Source: a virus (lineage: Duplodnaviria; Heunggongvirae; Uroviricota; Caudoviricetes). Taken from it: a DNA stretch of 64,000 bases. The notes beneath the pieces are model-generated. The model saw nothing but the letters and a program-made list of their open reading frames with translations. It did no database searches and was not told the origin of the DNA. The DNA is taken from IMG/VR virus record IMGVR_UViG_3300037312_000757. The stretch is one strand, 5' to 3'. Below are positions 55,017-64,000 of the stretch, one piece after another; within the stretch, counting starts at the first letter, position 1, and each line of letters starts with the position of its first letter. The translations under genes and the position numbers were made by a program.

Positions 55017-55289
55017 TTACTTACCTGTTGCTGGTGTAGTTGCTGATGTTGTTGCGGCGGTAGCTGTGTCAACAACTGCTGACACTTCTGTTGCAACTGT
55101 TGCTGTTGCATCAACCGCAGCTTCTGCTGCTGTTTCTACAACTGGCGCCTTCTTTGTGATCTTTGACCACAAAGCCTTTGCCCATGCTGGTTGTGGAATG
55201 TTCCAACCGATCAACATACCGATCAAGAGAACGATAAGTGATGTCTTGGAGATCAGGCCACCTGTGATGAAACTGAGAATTGTTTCCAT
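55017..55289 (-). CDS. Small membrane protein with A/T-rich tail
   Basis: TM + GWN.PQP.WAK; late promoter at 55333. Confidence 0.7.
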   Translation of the reverse strand: METILSFITGGLISKTSLIVLLIGMLIGWNIPQPAWAKALWSKITKKAPVVETAAEAAVDATATVATEVSAVVDTATAATTSATTPATGK

Positions 55290-55349
55290 AATGGTACCTC
55301 AATATTAAGCCCAACGTAATTATTGAGCTTAATATTTATGGCATCAATA

Positions 55350-57803
55350 TTATTGGCAACTTTCGCAGATTTCTGGCTCTGGTGGATTAGCATCACCACC
55401 CTTGCCTTCTGATTGCGTAGTTTGTGTGACTGTGGTCTTCGCAATCTTTGTCGCTGCCTTACCACGCAGGTAGTAGCTAGTCTTCAGACCGGATTCCCAC
55501 ACCATCATGTACATTGCTGACAGTGTTGCAATGCGCTTGTCTTCAGGAATCTTGTTCATGTCCAAGAACAAGTTCATTGATTGGCTTTGATCAATGAATG
55601 GACCACGTGCCGCAGCGTGTTCAATGATCTTCTTCTGTTTGATTTCCCATACTGTCTTGTACAGTGCGTACAAATCAGCTGGAAGACCAGGAATAGCTGC
55701 CAATGAACCATTGCTCTGCTTCAGCAGGTTAATGGTTTCCGTGTTCCAACGACCAAGCTTCTTGAGGTCTTCAACCATGTAGCGATTGACATCAACGAAT
55801 TCACCGCTGAGTGTTTCACGCTTGAACAGGTTTTCCTTTGTCGGCTCTGTACATTCTTGCGCACCAGTAATTGAAGCAATTGTCGCTGTTGGAGCGATAG
55901 CGATTGACAAGCTGTTACGAAGACCGTGCTTCTTGATCTCTTCCTTCAATGCATCCCAACGAGCTGTGTCCTTGGGGGTCACACCCCACAGGTCAAATTG
56001 CAGCTTGCCTTGTGCAGCATGTGTTTTGTCGAAGTCACGATGTGGACCAAATTGCTTTGCCAGTTCGCAGCTTGTCTTCAATGCCTGATAGTAAATCTCT
56101 TCCTGAATCTGAGCTGACATTGCAACAGCTTCATCGCTCTCGAATGGGAGACGCAGCTTGTAGAACAAGTCTTGAAGACCCATCAAACCCAGACCAACTG
56201 GACGCCAGTGGTTGTTTGAAGCCTTAGCTTCATGCACTGGGTAGAAGTTACGATCAATAACGCGATCCAGGAATCGCATAGCGATGTCCACGTTCCGGTG
56301 CAGCTTGGCTGTGTCAAGCTTGCCGTTCTTCACGTAGTTGCCTGCGTTGATTGAGCCGAGGTTACATACGGCCACTTCTGAACCAACGATTGCAACAAAG
56401 TCACCGTTCTGATCTGTGCCAATAACGTTGATATTCTGTTCGATCAGATCTTGCGCTGACAGCTTCATGAAGTCTTCACGCTTGATGATCTGTTCTTGAC
56501 CTGAGCTTGTGACTTCCAGAATTTCTGTACACAAGTTTGACAGGTGAACAACGTAACCATTTGTTGCTTGGTTGCACTTCTTGTTCGCTGCATCACGGAA
56601 GTTCATCCAACCGTTACCGGTTTCCGCCAATGTCTTCATCATACGTGCGAAAATCTTACGTGCTGGTAGTTGCAGTGAGGCCTTGCCTTGTGCTTCCAGT
56701 TCGAGATAACGTGCTTCGTACTCATCGCCAAACATGTCGTTCAGTTCTGGTGCAACTGCTGGGTCAAACATTGACCACATTTCGTCAGCCTTGACACGCT
56801 TCATGAACAAGTCAGGAACCCAGTTAGCTAGGTTCAGGTTGTATGCACGCTTTTCCTTTTCACCAGCATTGTCACGCAGTTCCAGGAACTCCATGATGTC
56901 TGGGTGGTGTGTATCCAGGTATGCAGCAAGAGCGCCCTTACGCTTACCACCTTGGTTAACCGCACCGACTGAACCACTCAGTGTGTGCAACCATGGTGTA
57001 ATGCCGTTCGACTTACCGTTGGTGCCCTTAATCAGTGAGCCGCTTGAGCGAACACGTGAGTAAGACATGCCAACACCGCCCGCAAACTTGGACAGCTTTG
57101 CAACATCCTTGTACTTCTTGTAGATATCACCCAGATCGTCGATTGGGGAATCGAGCAAGTAGCATGATGACATCTGGCTGTGTCGCGTTCCTGAGTTGAA
57201 CAGCGTTGGCGTTGATGTCATGTAGTCATGTGATGACAACAGGTTGTAGAATTCAATTGCTTCAGCAGCAGTGTTTGCAAGACCACAAGCAACACGCAGG
57301 AAGAAGTATTGTGGAGTTTCTATAACCAGACGTGAAGTTGGATGCTTCAACAGGTAACGATCGTACACCGTCTTGATACCGAAGTATTCAAATGCGTTGT
57401 CACGATCAACCTTGATTGCGGCATTCAGCTTGCGCTTATTCTCCATGACCAGCTTGTATGTTTCATCACCGATCAGGCCGTTGTCAAAACCAACTTGAAT
57501 TGATTGGCTGAAGCTGTGGATTTCTTGACCAGTAACTTCCTTGTCAATGAAATTTGCCATCAAGCGGGAAGCAACCTTCCCGTATGCTGGTTCTTCAACC
57601 ATAAAGCCCAGTGCTGTTTGGATACTGAGCAGATCCAGTTCACGTGTTGGAACGCCATCATACAGGCCACCAACAGTCTTAATAGCGACCTTCAAGAAGT
57701 CCAACTCACCAAGACCTTGACATACACGCTCGATTGAGCTAACGATCTTTTCGAGTTTTACTTCTTCAAACTCACCATTTCGTTTCTGTACCTTCTGTTG
57801 CAT
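55350..57803 (-). CDS. nrdA: Ribonucleotide reductase class Ia alpha subunit with ATP cone
   Basis: VQKRNG..E, TPTLFN, SSCYL, NLCTEI, CNLGS, APTAT, LKTSYY, CESCQ. Confidence 0.96.
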   Translation of the reverse strand: MQQKVQKRNGEFEEVKLEKIVSSIERVCQGLGELDFLKVAIKTVGGLYDGVPTRELDLLSIQTALGFMVEEPAYGKVASRLMANFIDKEVTGQEIHSFSQSIQVGFDNGLIGDETYKLVMENKRKLNAAIKVDRDNAFEYFGIKTVYDRYLLKHPTSRLVIETPQYFFLRVACGLANTAAEAIEFYNLLSSHDYMTSTPTLFNSGTRHSQMSSCYLLDSPIDDLGDIYKKYKDVAKLSKFAGGVGMSYSRVRSSGSLIKGTNGKSNGITPWLHTLSGSVGAVNQGGKRKGALAAYLDTHHPDIMEFLELRDNAGEKEKRAYNLNLANWVPDLFMKRVKADEMWSMFDPAVAPELNDMFGDEYEARYLELEAQGKASLQLPARKIFARMMKTLAETGNGWMNFRDAANKKCNQATNGYVVHLSNLCTEILEVTSSGQEQIIKREDFMKLSAQDLIEQNINVIGTDQNGDFVAIVGSEVAVCNLGSINAGNYVKNGKLDTAKLHRNVDIAMRFLDRVIDRNFYPVHEAKASNNHWRPVGLGLMGLQDLFYKLRLPFESDEAVAMSAQIQEEIYYQALKTSCELAKQFGPHRDFDKTHAAQGKLQFDLWGVTPKDTARWDALKEEIKKHGLRNSLSIAIAPTATIASITGAQECTEPTKENLFKRETLSGEFVDVNRYMVEDLKKLGRWNTETINLLKQSNGSLAAIPGLPADLYALYKTVWEIKQKKIIEHAAARGPFIDQSQSMNLFLDMNKIPEDKRIATLSAMYMMVWESGLKTSYYLRGKAATKIAKTTVTQTTQSEGKGGDANPPEPEICESCQ

Positions 57804-57836
57804 ATTCTTTTTATTCTTATTCTAGTGGAGGGAATT

Positions 57837-58286
57837 CTATTTAGCCTTATAGCTTCTTCCCGAGTACTGATATTCAAACTTAATATCGAGATCATCTTTG
57901 GCCTCTGATATAAGTGCAGGTGTGGCATAACTATAGTTGAGTAGAAACTCATCGTCAATTTTAACCACTAGAAATTCAGCACATTCTTCCGCAGAGTAAA
58001 CATACTGCAACGAAAGACGCTTAGGATCCCAACCTGAAAGACGCAACGTTGCTTCCATGGCGACTGCCAAAGCATTTTGGCAGAGATCACCCGAATACAA
58101 CATTTCCCAAACAGTCATCCATGACTTTGGTTCATAAGGATCAAGGCTACGCTTGTTTAGGGGAGCGAGACCCCACCAACGGCATACCTTTTCGAGTTGT
58201 TCTGATTCTGGGAGTGAAGGCAACCCATCACGAAAGGTTGTCCACTCGTTGAGCCGTTCAGAAGGCTCTAACATGAATGGATTCAT
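57837..58286 (-). CDS. Conserved jumbo-phage hypothetical protein
   Basis: RL..W..FR, WW..AP, W...WE. Confidence 0.7.
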   Translation of the reverse strand: MNPFMLEPSERLNEWTTFRDGLPSLPESEQLEKVCRWWGLAPLNKRSLDPYEPKSWMTVWEMLYSGDLCQNALAVAMEATLRLSGWDPKRLSLQYVYSAEECAEFLVVKIDDEFLLNYSYATPALISEAKDDLDIKFEYQYSGRSYKAK

Positions 58287-58288
58287 TT

Positions 58289-58951
58289 TTAGAACTGAGC
58301 GTTAAAAGTTACGACTGAATAATACAGTTTGGCATTGACATTGCTGTTATTAGTATATGTCAATGTTGCAACACCCGCATTAACGGATATAGCTACTTCA
58401 AAGACTGATAAGTTTTCGAATGCGATTGGATCAGTATAGCCAAAGTAATCCATACCAACGTCCACACGGTCGTCAAGTACATTACCGGCGCTCTGGTTCA
58501 TCACAATCGAGAACGTGCCTTTTCTGATAGCTGTTGGAACATTCTCAAAACATAGCATATACCGTACTTCGGCCACATTTATTTGTGCAGCATTCCATAC
58601 TAAATCAGTTGTGCCTGTTGGGCCCGATGAATTGGCTGGAAGAACAATGCTATTAAATTGAGTCTGCAATTGACTAGCCACATTCTTGATGAATGCTACT
58701 GACGAAGAAGTCTCAGTCAGCACACGAATGTTGGCATAGGGGAATTCTGCTTGACGCTCAAGGTCAAACAATTGGTAGTTTGGATCTGAACCAATGAACA
58801 GCTCACCCGTATCTTTGGCAAAGCCAAATTCACCAGGATCAAGACCCGGCGGATTCGATGACGTGTTCACCATAGGCTGACCTGGCAGCTCTACAGCAAG
58901 GCCCGTGCGAGCCATCATTTTTCCAGTGATTGTTATTGGTGTTGTTGACAT
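58289..58951 (-). CDS. Probable virion structural protein
   Basis: L..GEFGFA.DT.ELFIG, N...LTE; TAAATA late promoter. Confidence 0.7.
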   Translation of the reverse strand: MSTTPITITGKMMARTGLAVELPGQPMVNTSSNPPGLDPGEFGFAKDTGELFIGSDPNYQLFDLERQAEFPYANIRVLTETSSSVAFIKNVASQLQTQFNSIVLPANSSGPTGTTDLVWNAAQINVAEVRYMLCFENVPTAIRKGTFSIVMNQSAGNVLDDRVDVGMDYFGYTDPIAFENLSVFEVAISVNAGVATLTYTNNSNVNAKLYYSVVTFNAQF

Positions 58952-59056
58952 AATTAACTACCCTGTTATTCATGTATTTAGTATGAGTGAACTGTTGCTG
59001 GCATAGTATTGTTGCGTTAGTCTTGTAATACGGTTTACGTCACTGAGGACCCTCCA

Positions 59057-59455
59057 ATGAACAAAGCCGTCTCTGAGTTTCTCTCAAACGCAGCACCTGC
59101 AAACCCTTCTTCTGTAATAGTTACAGACAAAGTTCCTCGCATATATAAAGGAGGGCACATCATTACTGATGTCGAACTTGCCGATGAACTCGGCATCATT
59201 CAACAGCAGATTGAAGCGCTTGAAGCAGTGGCAGATAACATCAAGGAGCGAATGGCAAAGTGCGGGCCCGGTCTATACTTTGGCGATGAACACAAAGCTC
59301 GGGTATATTGGGATACTGTCACCAAACTAGACGTCGACCGTATCAGACGGGAGATGGGTGATGCGTGGATGTCAGACCGAATGGTTTCTGGTCCTTGCAT
59401 CATGTGTGAATCATCAGAGATTTCACTACAAGATATCGAGCGATACCGATTGTGA
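59057..59455 (+). CDS. Hypothetical protein
   Basis: GAGGA SD. Confidence 0.65.
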   Translation: MNKAVSEFLSNAAPANPSSVIVTDKVPRIYKGGHIITDVELADELGIIQQQIEALEAVADNIKERMAKCGPGLYFGDEHKARVYWDTVTKLDVDRIRREMGDAWMSDRMVSGPCIMCESSEISLQDIERYRL

Positions 59456-59796
59456 AGAAGATGTATGCATTGTACTCGCAGGACTGCTTCTTCGGCGGTT
59501 CTGCACAATGCAAAGTATTAGTTACTGACAACAGCGGGCAAATCACTAAGATTTACGACTTAGAGCCGTCGTTAACTGGTGCGCCTTTTGTTTGGGGATT
59601 GTTCACGCCTGGCTGTGTCCATCTTGCTCAGCGAATCCTCCTCGACTGCTTCGAAGAGATCTCCGTGGCCACACGCTTTGAGACGATTTTCAGTGATGAA
59701 GTCTTAGCAAACATCCCTATGGAATGCTCGCTAAGACTTATATCGAGCGAGGATATCAAACAGTACGTTACTTCTTTGCAGTTGCGTGGTATGTAG
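59452..59796 (+). CDS. Hypothetical protein
   Basis: F.WG...G...LA..IL.D motif; GTGA overlap. Confidence 0.65.
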   Translation: MKKMYALYSQDCFFGGSAQCKVLVTDNSGQITKIYDLEPSLTGAPFVWGLFTPGCVHLAQRILLDCFEEISVATRFETIFSDEVLANIPMECSLRLISSEDIKQYVTSLQLRGM

Positions 59797-60451
59797 CAAC
59801 GCGTTGGTTCCACTCGTCAAGATACTTGTAGAATTCATCACCTTCCACTACAAACTCTTCAAACTTCAGATCACGACTGACCATGAAAATAACGATGGTC
59901 GAAATATCTGTGCCGAACAGATGATTATGCGCCTTAGCATAGGCCGCACCCTGACAGAAGTAATCTGAAATCATTTCCTTCGTCTTCATCTTGTTGGTTG
60001 TCTTGTAGTCCATGATGCAAGGCTTGTCACACCATGTACCGAGCAAGTCAGCAGTACCTGCGTACTCACCAGGATAGTACAGTGGAATCTCAAAGCCCCA
60101 TGCTTCATCGACATGGATGAGACCACGTTGAATGATAGTATCGGCCATGTTTCGAGCCATTTGACGCACTAGGTTAGAACCACGTGGACGATCAATCTGC
60201 TGAATGTGACATTCCAAATGTTCATGCATCAGGGTACCCAGACCTGTTGCCTCATCTCTGATTTGGTTTGCCTTGGCTTCCCCTACAAACTGTCTCCAAG
60301 CGTCTAGTCCACTCTTGTCAGCAGTCGCGCTGAGGATGGTTGTTACGCTTGCCAGAGGGCCATCTGGCGTTAGATAGACGCGTTCTCCTGATGGAATAGT
60401 CTCGCGATCCATCGTGAAATATGGGTACTTCGTATTATTTAGAGTTGTCAT
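59768..60451 (-). CDS. PD-(D/E)xK (Cas4/RecB-like) exonuclease
   Basis: SVTTIL, GT.MH..LE, YAGTAD, IMDYKT, Q..AY. Confidence 0.88.
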   Translation of the reverse strand: MTTLNNTKYPYFTMDRETIPSGERVYLTPDGPLASVTTILSATADKSGLDAWRQFVGEAKANQIRDEATGLGTLMHEHLECHIQQIDRPRGSNLVRQMARNMADTIIQRGLIHVDEAWGFEIPLYYPGEYAGTADLLGTWCDKPCIMDYKTTNKMKTKEMISDYFCQGAAYAKAHNHLFGTDISTIVIFMVSRDLKFEEFVVEGDEFYKYLDEWNQRVATYHATAKK

Positions 60452-60601
60452 GGAATGAATTATATAAAGCTGGTCAAAAATAGCCAATAAAAAAGGTGGT
60501 ATTAAAATTTTCCGTAGAAAACCTTAATACCACCAATATTTAACTTCGCAAATTTAAGATGCCAGGACAGCCGGAGTCACTAGGAGCGGCTGACGGTTAT
60601 A

Positions 60602-60967
60602 TCACTCATCACCGATATTCTTCTTGGCTTGATTCGCTGCTGTAGTTTTGATCTTTTCTTCTTGCTTTTGCTTCTTCTCTGCGGGAACTGCCTGCTCAGA
60701 ACCGTTGTCACCGTTGCTGAGCTTGATACGGTCACCCTCAATACTTGCCACCAATTTGACTTGATCGGGATCTAAAATTTGCATCAACATTGAACGATCA
60801 ATGTCAACACCTGTGCCAGAATTTTTCAAATCGTCAAGAATTTGTTGAACGGTTACAAACTGTACACCGTTAGCTGCCAATGGAGTTAAGATGTCAACTA
60901 CAGCACCACGGACTTGGTCCATGATGCTGTCAGAGTCAAGTGATTCTATGATTTCGTGATAACGCAT
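60602..60967 (-). CDS. Probable head-assembly/late protein
   Basis: MRY.EI.E N-terminus. Confidence 0.65.
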   Translation of the reverse strand: MRYHEIIESLDSDSIMDQVRGAVVDILTPLAANGVQFVTVQQILDDLKNSGTGVDIDRSMLMQILDPDQVKLVASIEGDRIKLSNGDNGSEQAVPAEKKQKQEEKIKTTAANQAKKNIGDE

Positions 60968-61897
60968 TTAGATTTTTGCAAGCTTGACACACTGTGATTC
61001 AGTAATCTTACCTGATGCGAAAGCGTTTGCAGCATTGACGCGATCTGCTGTGACGTATGCTTCAGCAGCGCCAATATTCTTACCTTCCTTCATTGCAAGC
61101 TTGTGTGTCAGGACAGTCTTTGCCCATTGCTTTGTATTTTCACCCAAGAGCTTGTCAAGCTTCATCGCTTCGATGAAGTCGCGCATAGCAATGCCAACGT
61201 CTTCAACGTCTACACCATAAGCTTCAGCAACTTGCTTTGCTGCAACTGCTGCTGACAGCTTTGATTCACGAACAAGCTTCATTGTTGCCTTAGCCAGGAC
61301 TTCGTCTGGGTTTTCACTTTCGATAAGTTCGAGAGCTTGTTCGCTCAGAACAAAACCTGAGAATTCAGCTGATTCCTTCTTTGTACGGCCTTCTGGACCC
61401 TGATCAGCGTTTTCTTCTTCACCGCCGAGCAGTGAGTCGATTTCGCCAGCGAGGTCGTCAGCGCCTTGATCACCACCTTCAGCTGGAACTTCACCTACAC
61501 CAGCATCAGCCGTTGGAGCCACTGGAGCTTCTGGTGCCATTTCTGCATCAGTACCAGTGTTTGTGGCCATGTCGTTTGACCCTGTGCCAGTGACGATGCC
61601 TTGCATGTTCTGGATGGCTTGACCGATTTGGTCTTTTGACGTCTTGACTGCTTCAAGTGCTTGGCGCAGTGAGTCTGTAGCGGCATTGTTCAACTGTTCA
61701 GCAAACTGTGGACCAAACTGTGAACGGATACCGTCCAACAGTGGCAGCACGTCATCAGCTTCGATCTTAGCGATATCTTCAGCCATGTTTTGCAGCTTGT
61801 CGAGGATTGCCTTGGCTGCGAGCACCAGCTCCGCACGATCCATTTCGTCTTCCATCAGACTAACCAGGCTTTCGCTCAGTGTGATTTTCTTTGTCAT
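60968..61897 (-). CDS. Probable prohead core/scaffold-like protein
   Basis: Acidic and helical, with L/I-x-E sites. Confidence 0.6.
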   Translation of the reverse strand: MTKKITLSESLVSLMEDEMDRAELVLAAKAILDKLQNMAEDIAKIEADDVLPLLDGIRSQFGPQFAEQLNNAATDSLRQALEAVKTSKDQIGQAIQNMQGIVTGTGSNDMATNTGTDAEMAPEAPVAPTADAGVGEVPAEGGDQGADDLAGEIDSLLGGEEENADQGPEGRTKKESAEFSGFVLSEQALELIESENPDEVLAKATMKLVRESKLSAAVAAKQVAEAYGVDVEDVGIAMRDFIEAMKLDKLLGENTKQWAKTVLTHKLAMKEGKNIGAAEAYVTADRVNAANAFASGKITESQCVKLAKI

Positions 61898-62193
61898 GTT
61901 GTTCTCCGGGATTTCTTTTTGCGGCTAGGCGCTATTTCTCTGAGGTAAACGCGAATAGCTTCAGTAATCAATACGATTTTGCCCATTTCAGGACTTGTTG
62001 ACGTATGGGTGTTTTCCTTCAAGTACATCTTCTTGCGTTCCATGTAATGTTCATACACGAAGCGAAGATGGTCCTCAGGAGCATCCCAGTCAATCTTGAG
62101 CCCATACAGCTGGTCGAGCAACTGGTTAAATTGCTCGAGCTTCTCATGGGTCCGCGGTTTAAAATCCGAAACGTTCATACTGATACCATGCAA
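61894..62193 (-). CDS. Hypothetical late protein
   Basis: GATAAATA at 62207. Confidence 0.65.
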   Translation of the reverse strand: MHGISMNVSDFKPRTHEKLEQFNQLLDQLYGLKIDWDAPEDHLRFVYEHYMERKKMYLKENTHTSTSPEMGKIVLITEAIRVYLREIAPSRKKKSRRTT

Positions 62194-62237
62194 TAACTTA
62201 TTACTTTATTTATCTGTATGACGTTTTGCGTCGTTCA

Positions 62238-62897
62238 TTACAGAGACTTGCAGATGGCGATCAGCTTGGAACGCAGAGCAATCGCTTGCTGACGGCATTC
62301 TTCGTAGCGATCTTCTGCAACGTTGGCACGAAACTCATCGCCTTCCTTCAACATGCGGTTAATCTTGCGCTTGAAGTTGGCTGCGTCGGTGCGTTGACGT
62401 GTGAAATTTTCTTCGAGATCGAGAATCTCACGTACCTTTGGTGTATTGATACCAGAATTGCGATTGAGCAACTTTGTCAGTGCCAATGCGCTTTCATACA
62501 AGCTCAAGTCGTGAGCAATAGGTTCATCAGTATGAACGTTAACCACGTCATACGTCTTTGTACCAGGAACGTCTTCGTGAACACGAATCTCCCAGGAACC
62601 AACCTGTACACCGGCTTGAGTACGCTTTGTTTCAAGCGCTTCTTTGAGACGTGGACTTTGCTGTACCTTTTCTGCTACTCGCTCCGTTGCTTGATTGGCA
62701 CTTTCGTAGAAACGGCTCAGAATTTCCTTCATGTCGGCCGCACCAGGATGTGAAGAAATCGCTGGTGGCGCTACTGATGGACGATGCTGTGGTGCGGATT
62801 CTTGGATATATTCTGGTTCTGATTCAAGACCACTACCGTTCATAATATCCATCAGACGCTGCATGTCATCAACATCTTTTCTATTCACTGGACCCAT
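62238..62897 (-). CDS. Hypothetical late protein
   Basis: ORF coupled within the late cluster. Confidence 0.7.
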   Translation of the reverse strand: MGPVNRKDVDDMQRLMDIMNGSGLESEPEYIQESAPQHRPSVAPPAISSHPGAADMKEILSRFYESANQATERVAEKVQQSPRLKEALETKRTQAGVQVGSWEIRVHEDVPGTKTYDVVNVHTDEPIAHDLSLYESALALTKLLNRNSGINTPKVREILDLEENFTRQRTDAANFKRKINRMLKEGDEFRANVAEDRYEECRQQAIALRSKLIAICKSL

Positions 62898-63127
62898 TAT
62901 ATTCTCCAAATGTCTGGCAAACCGTTAGGTTCGTAGTATATTTTGCCATCTTTTTGAAGTCTATTTAATAGACCACGCGACACCATCTTCGTTGCTAGTT
63001 CAAGCTGGTACTCGTCAAGTTCTTCAGCCGTAATAAGATTCTCACTTTCTTTTAGAAGAGTGAGAATCTCTTGCTCATCAGAACTGACTGGCATACGAAA
63101 ACCACCAGCAATTTCAAAATAGCGCAT
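62897..63127 (-). CDS. Small winged-helix-like late protein
   Basis: LA..MV.RGLL.R...DG..YY. Confidence 0.65.
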   Translation of the reverse strand: MRYFEIAGGFRMPVSSDEQEILTLLKESENLITAEELDEYQLELATKMVSRGLLNRLQKDGKIYYEPNGLPDIWRI

Positions 63128-63999
63128 TAGTCGCCCAGATAGCTCTTACCAATTTGCTGCAATTGCACTTGCAGATCTTCAAGACGTTGAATCAATGTCT
63201 TGTATTCGCTGATCTTCACGTCTGGCAGGTTTGTCTGAATACTTGTCAGTGCATCATCAATCAGTGTGTATGCTGGTGAGCATGAAACTTCTGCTCCAAC
63301 CATATCACCGCCCATTGCTGAATCAACACCAGCGTCAAATTCAGCACCAAGATCATCACCACCCATACCGTCATCAATATGATCGGCTGTCAGTGGATCT
63401 GGATCCATACCAAGATCATCACCACCCATATCCATATCCATTGCATCATTAGCTGCATCTTGAGCTGGCAATGCTGGCACTTCTTCAGCATCAACTGGAA
63501 TTGCTGGATCAACAGCAACTTGTTCAACATCACCCATCGGCATACCAGCCAGTTCCATCATACGGCGGAGGCCTGGCAGGGCTGTCATGCCCATAACGCC
63601 TTCATTTACTTGTGTCTTTTTCATTTCTGTCACACCAAAATCTACACCGGAAAGGAAACCTTCGGCTGTAAGTGATTCTTGGATCTGTGTCCAAGTCGAT
63701 GAATCAGTATTCAACGCCTTACCATCAAATGTTACTGAATCACCAAAACTTTCGAGAACAACCGTGAACGCGTCGCCACCATTTGTCCAAAAAGAAACAG
63801 GGTCGAAACCCTCGTCGAAGGAACGACCCTTATGCTTGCTTGCGGCTTTCGCAACTGTTGTCTTCTTGTTAGGAGTAGACTTCGAACGGAAAATACCTGA
63901 CATCTCACCATGAGCCAAAGCTGACTTGGCAGTATCCAGTGGCTTTGATGCTGGAATCACGATCTTGCTATCCTTGGAAAACTTCTTGAACTTCTTATC
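63127..63999 (-). CDS. Acidic head-associated protein, 5' end outside the window
   Basis: Frame open to the window edge; RM.ELAG motif, MGGDDLG repeats. Confidence 0.65.
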   Translation of the reverse strand, partial: DKKFKKFSKDSKIVIPASKPLDTAKSALAHGEMSGIFRSKSTPNKKTTVAKAASKHKGRSFDEGFDPVSFWTNGGDAFTVVLESFGDSVTFDGKALNTDSSTWTQIQESLTAEGFLSGVDFGVTEMKKTQVNEGVMGMTALPGLRRMMELAGMPMGDVEQVAVDPAIPVDAEEVPALPAQDAANDAMDMDMGGDDLGMDPDPLTADHIDDGMGGDDLGAEFDAGVDSAMGGDMVGAEVSCSPAYTLIDDALTSIQTNLPDVKISEYKTLIQRLEDLQVQLQQIGKSYLGD

Positions 64000-64000
64000 C

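Noticed and set aside
56380-56505. Intein in NrdA
   Set aside because: Too short and no terminal His-Asn followed by Cys/Ser/Thr
2200-59020. Sigma54 promoters from TGGCA motifs
   Set aside because: The instances checked lack GG-N10-GC spacing and sit within TTGAC/TAnAAT promoters
200-63913. Numerous antisense and alternate-frame ORFs in the track (e.g. 19714-20313, 39494-40060, 43514-44182, 47383-47910)
   Set aside because: Shadows of real genes with biased codon usage; no SD or recognisable motifs
1-64000. Genome-wide UGA-to-Trp recoding
   Set aside because: Long conserved genes have no internal TGA and use TGG for Trp; many genes end at TGA with ATGA overlaps
1-64000. Bacterial chromosome origin of the window
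   Set aside because: infC, clpX, trxB and guaC lack their usual operon neighbours and are interspersed with phage structural genes and late promoters

Overview
64 kb from a large, T4-superfamily-like jumbo tailed phage. There are no host housekeeping operons. The window has sigma70-type early promoters and TAAATA late promoters, split type II topoisomerase, class Ia RNR, PAAR, fibre and head-assembly genes. TrxB and ClpS look proteobacterial. Main points: (1) About 44 small, highly diverged paralogous genes share a C-terminal (D/E/L)-A-h-x-F-K-L-x-W helix. They form an ~8.5 kb array of 30 genes (26.2-34.7 kb), 10 more within and after the topoisomerase operon, and scattered copies. At many junctions the conserved Trp codon supplies the start codon of the next gene. 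(2) A Trp-type tRNA with anticodon UCA (opal suppressor), and a Pth2 peptidyl-tRNA hydrolase gene with an in-frame UGA at codon 8. (3) A circularly permuted two-piece tmRNA (tag ANDNVFAMAA) with a ~200-nt intervening segment. It accompanies ClpX, ClpS, IF3, an Smr nuclease, Pth2, Hsp20 and YccA, which together suggest a translation/proteostasis quality-control kit. (4) 7-deazaguanine genes (DpdA/TGT-like, QueD) with a preQ1-I-like riboswitch candidate before queD. (5) A ROSE-like RNA thermometer before hsp20, anti-defence candidates (Acb1, a chagasin-type inhibitor, a possible antitoxin mimic) and two recurrent operator-like promoter motifs. All assignments come from motif recognition by eye; no database search was run.
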